A DNA stretch of 64,000 bases, taken from contig DATIDG010000034.1 in NCBI GenBank assembly GCA_035456405.1, positions 22,151 to 86,150 of the forward strand, in the 5' to 3' direction. Every line of letters begins with the position of its first letter. The stretch's first letter is position 1. Both the position numbers and the translations under genes were made by a program. Shown piece after piece: positions 57,127 through 64,000 of this stretch. The notes beneath the pieces were generated by a model, which saw only the letters and a program-made list of their open reading frames with translations, was not told the origin of the DNA and did not search any database. This DNA is from Burkholderiales bacterium. GTDB lineage: Bacteria; Pseudomonadota; Gammaproteobacteria; Burkholderiales; SG8-39.

Positions 57127-57735
57127 CTATTCTAGCGAGGCCACGGCGGCATGGCGAAAACAACTCACCAGGTGATCGTTTGCCATCCCTACTGCCTGCA
57201 TGAAAGCGTAGCAAATTGTGGAGCCGACGAAGCGAAAACCTGCGCGCCGGAGGTCTTTTGACATGGTCACGGAGATCGGGGTGCTGGCCGGTACCTGATC
57301 TACGCGCCGCCAGCGGTTCCGGATGGGGCGGCCGTCCACGAACCGCCAAAGGAAGGAGTCCAGGCTGCCGTGCCGCTCGCGCACGGCCAGCGCGGCCCGC
57401 GCGTTCTGGACCGCAGCGTCGACTTTCAGCCGGTTACGGACGATCCCAGGGTCGGCGAGGAGGGCGGCCACCTTCCGCGGGCTGTACCGGGCGATTCGTT
57501 CCGCATCGAAGCCGTCGAACGCACGCCGGTAGTTTGCGCGCTTGTTCAGGATCGTCGACCAGGACAGGCCGGCCTGGGCGCCCTCCAGGATGAGGAACTC
57601 GAGGAGCGTGCGGTCGTCGTGAACGGGCACGCCCCACTCCTCATCGTGGTAGCGGACGTAGATCTCGCTCCCGAGACACCAGGCGCAGCGCTTCAGCCCG
57701 TCCGGCCCTGCATCGGCCGGGCGCCGGTCCGGCAT
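57127..57735 (-). CDS. tag: DNA-3-methyladenine glycosylase I
   Basis: RCAWC....Y..YHDEEWGVPVHDD, LEGAQAGLSWSTIL and C-terminal HLVSCFRH, the zinc-snap Cys/His ligands. Confidence 0.9.
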   Translation of the reverse strand: MPDRRPADAGPDGLKRCAWCLGSEIYVRYHDEEWGVPVHDDRTLLEFLILEGAQAGLSWSTILNKRANYRRAFDGFDAERIARYSPRKVAALLADPGIVRNRLKVDAAVQNARAALAVRERHGSLDSFLWRFVDGRPIRNRWRRVDQVPASTPISVTMSKDLRRAGFRFVGSTICYAFMQAVGMANDHLVSCFRHAAVASLE

Positions 57736-58937
57736 CAGGAGAACGCCTGGATCCCGGTCTGCGCCCGCCCCAGGATCAGGGCGTGGATGTCGTGGGTGCC
57801 CTCGTAGGTGTTCACCACTTCGAGGTTCACGAGGTGGCGTGCCACCCCGAACTCGTCCGAGATCCCGTTCCCGCCCAGCATGTCGCGTGCGAGGCGCGCC
57901 ACGTCGAGCGCCTTCCCGCAGGAGTTGCGCTTCATGATCGAGGTGATCTCCACCGCGGCGGTGCCCTCGTCCTTCATCCGGCCGAGGCGCAGGCACCCCT
58001 GCAGGCCGAGCGTGATCTCGGTCTGCATGTCGGCGAGCTTCTTCTGGACGAGCTGGTTGGCGGCGAGCGGCCGGCCGAACTGCTTGCGGTCGAGCACGTA
58101 CTGGCGTGCGCGGTGCCAGCAGTCCTCGGCGGCACCGAGCGCGCCCCAGGCGATCCCGTAGCGCGCGGAGTTGAGGCACGTGAACGGGCCCTTGAGGCCG
58201 CGCACCTCGGGGAAAGCGTTCTCCTCCGGGCAGAAGACCTCGTCCATGACGACCTCGCCGGTGATCGAGGCGCGCAGGCCGACCTTGCCGTGGATCGCGG
58301 GCGCCGACAGGCCCTTCGCACCCTTGTCGAGCACGAAGCCGCGGATCTCGCCCGCATCGTCCTTCGCCCAGACGACGAACACGTCGGCGATCGGCGAGTT
58401 CGAGATCCACATTTTCGCGCCGGTCAGGCTGTACCCGCCGGGGACCTTCTTCGCCCGCGTCACCATGCTCCCGGGATCGGAGCCGTGGTTGGGCTCGGTG
58501 AGGCCGAAACAGCCGATCCACTCGCCCGTCGCCAGCTTCGGCAGGTACTTCTGGCGCAGCGCCGCCGTGCCGAACTCGTAGATGGGCACCATCACGAGCG
58601 AGCTCTGCACGCTCATCATCGACCGGTAGCCGGAGTCGACGCGCTCGACCTCCCGCGCGATCAGGCCGTACGGCACATAACCGAGGCCGGGCCCGCCGTA
58701 CTCGGCAGGGATCGTGGGGCCGAGCAGGCCGAGCGCGCCCATCTCGCGGAAGATCGCCGGGTCGGTCTTCTCGTGGCGGAAGGCCTCGAGGATCCGCGGT
58801 GCCAGCCGCTCCTGGCAGTACGCGGCGGCCGCGTCGCGCACCATGCGCTCGTCCTCGGTGAGCTGGTCGTTCAGCAGCAGCGGGTCGTCCCAGACGAACT
58901 GGGCCTTGCCGACAGTGGCTTTGAGCGGGGCGTTCAT
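57735..58937 (-). CDS. gcdH: Glutaryl-CoA dehydrogenase
   Basis: 400 aa. [22 protein letters not shown] and [17 protein letters not shown] motifs. ATG at 58937. Confidence 0.95.
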   Translation of the reverse strand: MNAPLKATVGKAQFVWDDPLLLNDQLTEDERMVRDAAAAYCQERLAPRILEAFRHEKTDPAIFREMGALGLLGPTIPAEYGGPGLGYVPYGLIAREVERVDSGYRSMMSVQSSLVMVPIYEFGTAALRQKYLPKLATGEWIGCFGLTEPNHGSDPGSMVTRAKKVPGGYSLTGAKMWISNSPIADVFVVWAKDDAGEIRGFVLDKGAKGLSAPAIHGKVGLRASITGEVVMDEVFCPEENAFPEVRGLKGPFTCLNSARYGIAWGALGAAEDCWHRARQYVLDRKQFGRPLAANQLVQKKLADMQTEITLGLQGCLRLGRMKDEGTAAVEITSIMKRNSCGKALDVARLARDMLGGNGISDEFGVARHLVNLEVVNTYEGTHDIHALILGRAQTGIQAFS

Positions 58938-58959
58938 GCGGCGTCTCCGTGCGGGACGG

Positions 58960-60483
58960 TCAGTCTTCGGGCGTGAGCAATGATAGTCCAAGCAGCGCCC
59001 GGCGCTTCAGCCACGGGCTGGGGCGGTAGCGCGGGTCGCCGTAGAACGATTGCAGGCGCTCCAGGACCTCCAGCACGCGCGCCGGGCCGATGGCGTCGCC
59101 CCACGCGAGCGGGCCCTTCGGGTAGCCGAGGCCGAGCGTCACGGCGAGGTCGAGGTCCTGCGGCGAGCAGATGCGCTGCTGCGCGATGTCGCAGCCGATA
59201 TTCACGATGTGCGCCACGACGCGCTGCGCAACGAAGCCCGCGCTGTCGCGAATCACCGAGACGGGGACGCCGTCGCGGGCGAGGAGGGCGTGTGCCGCGT
59301 CACGCATCGCCAGTGCGGTCGCGGGCGTCGTCATCATCGTGCGGCGCTTCGCCAGCCCGAACAGGCAGTCGACCGCCACGGTGCGAGTCGGGTCGATCCG
59401 CTCCGCGACGGCCGCGCTCGTCGCGTCGAGCCCCAGTGGAGCGACGAGGCACAGCGAATCGGGTCCCGGCCTGTCGCCGTGGTCGGCATGGACGCCAAGC
59501 TTTGCAACGGCGGCCGCGAGCTGGTCGTGCAGTCCGTGGCGCGCAATCCAGACCTTCGGCACAGCCGCGTCGGGCACCGGCGCGACGGGCCTCGGCTTTG
59601 CCTGGCCGTCGGCGTACTCGTAGAACCCGCGGTTGCCCGACTTGCGGCCGAGCAGCCCCGCGACCACGCGCTGCCCGGTAAGCGGCGAGGGCCGGTAGCG
59701 CGGCTCCTGGTAGTACTGGTCGTAGATCGACTCCATCACCGGGTGCGACACGTCGAGCCCGGTGAGGTCCATCAGCTCGAACGGGCCCATCCGGAAGCCC
59801 GCCTGATCGCGGAGGATCCGGTCGATCTCCCAGAATTCCGAGACGCCTTCGCGCAGGCACGCGAGGGCCTCGGTGCCGAATCCGCGGCCCGCATGGTTAA
59901 CGATGAACCCGGGCGTGTCCTGGGCGCGCACCGGCGTGTGCCCCATGCGCCGCGCGAGCGCGGTGAGCGCGTCGCCGACCCACGGTGCCGTCAAGAGGCC
60001 GTCGACCACCTCGACGACCTTCATCAGCGGCACCGGGTTGAAGAAATGGAATCCGGCGACCCGCTCGGGTCGCTTGCACGCCGCGGCTATCGCGGTCACC
60101 TGTAATGACGACGTGTTGGTCGCCAGAACGCAATCGGGCGCGACGATGCCCTCGAGGTGCTGGAAGAGCTCGCGCTTCGCGTCGAGGTTCTCGGCGATCG
60201 CCTCGACCACGACCTGGCTGCCGGAGAGATGGCTGAGCACGTTTGCAATCTCAAGCAGCCCGGCGGCGCGCGTCGCCGCGTCGGCGGGCAGCCGGCCCTT
60301 CTCGACGAGCTTCGCGAGCGACCCGCTGACGTAGTCCCGCGCGTCGGGTGCGGCGTCGGCGCGCGTGTCGTAGAGCAGGACCCGGATGCCCGCCTGCGCG
60401 GCAATCTGCGCGATGCCGCGTCCCATCACGCCGGTCCCGACGATGCCGATGGCGAGATCCTGTCGCTGCGGGTCGAGGGCCAT
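58960..60483 (-). CDS. 3-hydroxyacyl-CoA dehydrogenase (long form with duplicated C-terminal domain)
   Basis: [14 protein letters not shown] Rossmann motif, [22 protein letters not shown] and PGFIVNH motifs. Confidence 0.9.
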   Translation of the reverse strand: MALDPQRQDLAIGIVGTGVMGRGIAQIAAQAGIRVLLYDTRADAAPDARDYVSGSLAKLVEKGRLPADAATRAAGLLEIANVLSHLSGSQVVVEAIAENLDAKRELFQHLEGIVAPDCVLATNTSSLQVTAIAAACKRPERVAGFHFFNPVPLMKVVEVVDGLLTAPWVGDALTALARRMGHTPVRAQDTPGFIVNHAGRGFGTEALACLREGVSEFWEIDRILRDQAGFRMGPFELMDLTGLDVSHPVMESIYDQYYQEPRYRPSPLTGQRVVAGLLGRKSGNRGFYEYADGQAKPRPVAPVPDAAVPKVWIARHGLHDQLAAAVAKLGVHADHGDRPGPDSLCLVAPLGLDATSAAVAERIDPTRTVAVDCLFGLAKRRTMMTTPATALAMRDAAHALLARDGVPVSVIRDSAGFVAQRVVAHIVNIGCDIAQQRICSPQDLDLAVTLGLGYPKGPLAWGDAIGPARVLEVLERLQSFYGDPRYRPSPWLKRRALLGLSLLTPED

Positions 60484-60689
60484 GCGCGGGCTTTGATGGT
60501 CGCGATTTGCCCGGCGATTGTAGCCCCGTGCACTGGCCGCGAGATTGACGCCTCTTAAGGTTTTGGGGCAATCTCTACTCGGAGTACGCGCCGGACGGGA
60601 GAGGCCGCCCGACGGCCCGGTGCGCCGCCTCGTGCGGCGCGTCCAGAACCGGCGCGGAAGTGGTAATTGCGTCCACAGGAGGGCGACCG

Positions 60690-61124
60690 ATGTACAAGCG
60701 CATACTCATGGCGTACAACGGCACGCGCGAGGGCAAGGCGGCGCTGCTCGCTTGCACGGAGATCACCGCGTTCGCGGAGGCCGAGACTCACTTGCTCGCG
60801 GTCGCGAGCATGCCGTCGAGCATGTTCCTCACCGAGGGGTTCCTGCCCGAGGAGCTCATCGAGGAGGAGAAGAAGCGCATGCAGGACGTCCTCAACGAGG
60901 GCCTCGCGACACTCAAGGAGCGCGGCTACTCGGTCCAGGGGCACCTCGCCGTCGGCGAGCCGGTCGAGGAGATCTGCCGGCTCGCGGCCGAGCTGAAGTG
61001 CAACCTGATCGTGGTCGGGCACAAACAGAAGCAGTCGTTCGCCGCGCGCTGGTGGCGCGGCTCGGTGGGGGCGACGCTCCTCGACTACGCGCCCTGCAGC
61101 GTCCTCGTCGCGATGGGGTCCTGA
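60690..61124 (+). CDS. Universal stress protein (UspA family)
   Basis: MYKRILMAYNGT...CNLIVVGHKQK......GSVGATLLDYAPCSVLV pattern. Confidence 0.85.
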   Translation: MYKRILMAYNGTREGKAALLACTEITAFAEAETHLLAVASMPSSMFLTEGFLPEELIEEEKKRMQDVLNEGLATLKERGYSVQGHLAVGEPVEEICRLAAELKCNLIVVGHKQKQSFAARWWRGSVGATLLDYAPCSVLVAMGS

Positions 61125-61132
61125 GCGCGGAC

Positions 61133-61599
61133 GTCGGGTTCGCGCGGCCGCCCGAGCCGCCGTTGTGGGTGGGGGAGCTTGCTGCGCGCTGGGCCGCGCG
61201 GCAGCCCGACGCGCCGGCGGTGATTGCGCCGGACGGCGCTGACCTACCTCGCACTTGCGCGCGCAGTAGACACCGCAGCCGGCACGCTCGCGGGTCTCGG
61301 CGTGCGCGACGGAGACCGCGTCCTCATCGTCAACGAGAACTCCGCTGCGGCGCCCGTCCTCGCGCTCGCGACCACCCGAATCGCGGCCTGGCCGGTACTG
61401 GTGAACGCCCGGCTCTCCGCCCGGGAGATCGACGCCATCGCCGGGCACTGCACGACGCGGCGCACGCTCTTCCCGACGGCGGGATGCGCATCGTGGCGCC
61501 CGACGGTCGCGAGCTGCCGCGGGACGATTACCCGCGCTGCCGGCGTCGGCGACGGGGAAGATGCTCAAGGCGAAGCTGCGCGAACTCGCGCAGCGCTAG
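61133..61599 (+). pseudogene. Heavily decayed acyl-CoA ligase (AMP-binding) pseudogene
   Basis: Ligase-like pieces lie in three frames. They are LWVGELAARWAARQPDAPAVIAPDG; LTYLALARAVDTAAGTLAGLGVRDGDRVLIVNENS...VNARLSAREIDAI; GMRIVAPDGRELP; and the C-terminal LPALPASATGKMLKAKLRELAQR*. The core (TSGTTG etc.) is missing. Confidence 0.55.
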
Positions 61600-61628
61600 G
61601 CACCTATACCGCCAAGAAAAGCAAGGCA

Positions 61629-61696
61629 GGCCCCAGAGGGGACAGAAAGAAACCAGAGTCTTGATTTCTCTGGAAGCTCTGTGCTCCTCTGTGGCC
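61629..61696. repeat. Compound imperfect palindrome (outer ~17-bp stem enclosing a 6-bp hairpin) in a lower-GC convergent intergenic region
   Basis: Outer arms ggccccagaggggacag and ctgtgctcctctgtggcc. Inner hairpin ccagag-N9-ctctgg. Followed on the plus strand by gctttgcgcTTTT, so it may be a bidirectional terminator. Confidence 0.35.
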
Positions 61697-61761
61697 GCTT
61701 TGCGCTTTTCCCTTGGCCGGTTTTGGCATCTCGGCGGCAAGGCGGGTGCGCTAGGCGTTGC

Positions 61762-64000
61762 TCATTTCAACGAGAAATCCGCGCGCGTCGGCTTGCCCTT
61801 GTCCTTGACGCCATTGGCCGTCAGCTTTGACGCGACGATGAAGACGCGGTCGGCCGGGACCTTGCCTTCGGTCACCAGCCAGTCCTTGGCGGACTGCGCG
61901 CGAGCGTTGGCGAGCATGCGGAGGTCCTCCTCCGTGACCTGTGCGTGCGTGAGCATCAGGGTCTCCATCTCGGGCACCGGCAGGACCTTCGCGAGACCGA
62001 TGATGTTGCGCGGCTTCGGAAACTTTTCGTCGCCGTAGGCGCGGCGCAGATACTTCTCGTACTCCGCTTTCTCGACCGTCACCGCGTCGGCGGATGGCGG
62101 TGCCTTGCCCTCGCGCCGCAGGTCGTTGAACTTCTCCACCTTGACCTTGCGCTCGATCGACGCGTGCTTCAGTCCCTCGCGATCGGCCACGGGATCGATG
62201 CGGCCCGCGACGTCGAGCTTGAGCCCGGGACGCTCTGTCAGTGCTTTGGTGAGGTTCTTCAGCTTCCCGACGTCCTCGCCGTCGAGCGCCGCCGAGCCCG
62301 GGGCGAACTCGAGGTACGCCAGCTCCTCGCCGCCGCCGAACGCTGCGCCGAGCAGCGCGAACGGCGCGGTGACCGCCTTGACGATGAGGTTGCCGATGAC
62401 CTGGAAGACGATCCCGATGACGCTGAACTTCGGGTCGTCGAGCGATCCGGAGATCGGCAAGTTCACGTCGATCACGCCGTTGCGGTCCTTGAGCAGCGCG
62501 ACGGCGAGCGTCACCGGTAGCTTCGTTGCGGTGGGGCTGTCGACCTTCTCGCCGAAGGTGAGCTGGTCGAGGTAGATGTTGTTCTCCGCCGCGAGCTTGC
62601 GGTTCTCGATGTGGTACTTCACGTTGACCGAGAGCTTGCCGCGCTCGATGCCGTAGCCAGCGTACTTGACGGAGTAGGGCGACATCGGAGGCAGCTCGAT
62701 GTCTCTCGCGCTCGCCTTGATGTCGAGGAAGAGATCGGTCGCGAGCGGGTTCACGCGCCCGAGGATCTCGACCGGCGCCGCGTTGTCGATCTTGGCGCGC
62801 AGCTCCACGTCGCCCGCCTTTTCGGGCGTGATCTCGGTCACTGCCCCGCCGACGCCGGTGAGGTTCGCACTGTAGTTCGGCTTGATGAAGAAGTCGCTGA
62901 AGTTGACGTTGCCACCCTGCAGCGTGACCCGGCCGATGCGGATGTTCGCCGGCAGCGCTGCCATGGGCGCGGCGGGCGACGGCCTGGATGCTTCGGCGGC
63001 GGGTTTTGGCGCGGGTGAGGCGGGCTTCTCGGCCGGCGGCGGCTCGGGTTTCGCCGCGGACGCGTCGCCCGGCGACTTCCTGAGGTCCTGCAGGTTCAGC
63101 CGCCCTTCCGCAGAGAGGATGATGCGGGCGTAGAAGTCGGCGAGCGCGATCTCGTCGACCGCGACGTTCAGCGGCTCGAGGTTGAAGTCGATTGCGCCGA
63201 GCGACAGGGACTTCCAATTAAGGAGGTCCGTCGACGTCGGCTTGTCCACCGAGGCGAAGTCGGTGAGGCTGAAGTCCCCCTTGTAGGAGGCCTTGACCGT
63301 GCCGCCCGGTGGCATCGCGAACGATGCGTTGCCCCGGGCCGAGAGGGCACCGGAGGTAATGGCGAGGTTCACCTGGTCGTCGATGTACCGCTGCGCCGGC
63401 GTGATGCCGATCGTCCGGGCATCGATTCGCAGGCTGCCCGACAACGGGTCGAGCGCGAGCGGCCCGCTCGCGGCGAGCGAGCCGGTCTTGTCGATCGTGG
63501 CCCGGAGACTGATGTTGCCGCGTTGGCCTTTGGCGGTCGAAAGCTTCTCGGCTTTCAGCTGGATCGGCGCGATGTTGACCTTGAGCGGCTCGCCTACGGC
63601 CAGATCCTCGAACGCCACCGACGCACGCTCGACTGAAAGCTGACCCAGGTCGATGCGCCAGGACGGCGACGCCTGCGTGGCGGCGGTAGGTGTGCGTTCG
63701 GGGTTCTCCGGGGCGCCCGCCTTCCCGGCCCGCGTGATGCGTTCCACGTTGAGCCTGCCGTCCTTCTCGCGGCGCAGAGTCGCCGCGGCCTCGCGCACGG
63801 CGATCTCGCCGAGGTACGCGGTCTGCGCAAGAAGGTCGGCCCCGGCGCCCTTGACCTCGATCGACGCGATGCGAACGAGAGGCTCTTTCTCGTTCGGCAG
63901 GCGCGCCCGCAGACTCTTCAGCTCCAGGGTCAGGTCCGTTACCTTGAGATCGTGCTTCTCGAGCGCCAGGTCGGAGGCCCACTTGAAGGCGACACCCAGG
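61762..64000 (-). CDS. Large DUF748/AsmA-like envelope protein (partial, N-terminus outside the window)
   Basis: The frame stays open to the window edge; the track 'M' at 63798 is an internal GTG. Repeated beta-rich segments, a Pro/Ala linker, and LPISGSLDDPKFSVIGIVFQVIGNLIVKAVTAPFALLG, typical of DUF748 proteins. Confidence 0.7.
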   Translation of the reverse strand, partial: LGVAFKWASDLALEKHDLKVTDLTLELKSLRARLPNEKEPLVRIASIEVKGAGADLLAQTAYLGEIAVREAAATLRREKDGRLNVERITRAGKAGAPENPERTPTAATQASPSWRIDLGQLSVERASVAFEDLAVGEPLKVNIAPIQLKAEKLSTAKGQRGNISLRATIDKTGSLAASGPLALDPLSGSLRIDARTIGITPAQRYIDDQVNLAITSGALSARGNASFAMPPGGTVKASYKGDFSLTDFASVDKPTSTDLLNWKSLSLGAIDFNLEPLNVAVDEIALADFYARIILSAEGRLNLQDLRKSPGDASAAKPEPPPAEKPASPAPKPAAEASRPSPAAPMAALPANIRIGRVTLQGGNVNFSDFFIKPNYSANLTGVGGAVTEITPEKAGDVELRAKIDNAAPVEILGRVNPLATDLFLDIKASARDIELPPMSPYSVKYAGYGIERGKLSVNVKYHIENRKLAAENNIYLDQLTFGEKVDSPTATKLPVTLAVALLKDRNGVIDVNLPISGSLDDPKFSVIGIVFQVIGNLIVKAVTAPFALLGAAFGGGEELAYLEFAPGSAALDGEDVGKLKNLTKALTERPGLKLDVAGRIDPVADREGLKHASIERKVKVEKFNDLRREGKAPPSADAVTVEKAEYEKYLRRAYGDEKFPKPRNIIGLAKVLPVPEMETLMLTHAQVTEEDLRMLANARAQSAKDWLVTEGKVPADRVFIVASKLTANGVKDKGKPTRADFSLK

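Noticed and set aside
60545-60558. FNR-like half-match TTGAC-GCCT-CTTAA upstream of the usp gene.
   Set aside because: The right half-site matches only 3 of 5 positions, which is not distinguishable from chance.
63796-63798. Track start codon for the DUF748-like ORF.
   Set aside because: It is an internal GTG. The same frame stays open to position 63999 (LGVAFKWASDLALEKHDLKV...), so the gene is partial and continues beyond the window.

Overview
High-GC proteobacterial chromosome segment. The gene content (Bug/TctC-family binding protein, Ccm system I, LysR regulator, glutaryl-CoA dehydrogenase) suggests a betaproteobacterium of the Burkholderiales/Rhodocyclales type; that is inference. About 70 densely packed genes, many joined by ATGA/GTGA start-stop overlaps. 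No rRNA, tRNA, CRISPR array, transposase or integrase was seen.

Layout:
- 0-5.6 kb: hypothetical protein, orphan arsC, and a mobB-moeA-moaD-moaE operon that runs straight into crcB plus a DUF190 gene.
- 5.6-32 kb: a cytochrome/bioenergetic block.
  - A NapC/NirT-type tetrahaem protein with an unusual CX3CH first haem site, next to a six-haem lipoprotein cytochrome.
  - A complete nine-gene V/A-type ATPase operon.
  - An Mto/Mtr-type conduit: three MtoD-like monohaem cytochromes, a CymA-like protein, a decahaem MtoA-like protein and an MtoB-like porin.
  - A dihaem c5 protein fused to a beta-sandwich domain.
  - ccmABCDEFGHI and a HemY-type protoporphyrinogen oxidase.
- 32-40 kb: formate/nitrite transporter (FNT) remnant, acyl-CoA synthetase, LysR regulator, Ser/Thr kinase fused to a cNMP-binding domain, and clpB with a sigma-32-like promoter.
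- 40-48.7 kb: NMT1-type ABC transporter, amidohydrolase, three-subunit molybdenum hydroxylase and a translationally overlapped COG0523 GTPase.
- 48.7-54.4 kb: a five-gene operon pairing two amidohydrolase_2 paralogues (one without the HxH metal motif) with two UbiD paralogues and a TctC binding protein.
- 54.7-64 kb: adhC, two signal-peptide-bearing YqgE/AlgH paralogues, tag, gcdH, a 3-hydroxyacyl-CoA dehydrogenase, usp, a decayed ligase pseudogene, and a DUF748/AsmA-like gene that runs off the window.

Most noteworthy:
- The UbiD/amidohydrolase operon.
- The V-ATPase operon sitting between respiratory cytochrome modules.
- Two TTGAY-N4-GTCAA (FNR/Dnr-type) boxes.
- Twin hairpins plus a 28-codon uORF ending on the atpA start codon.

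All functional calls come from reading motifs by eye. No database search was run.
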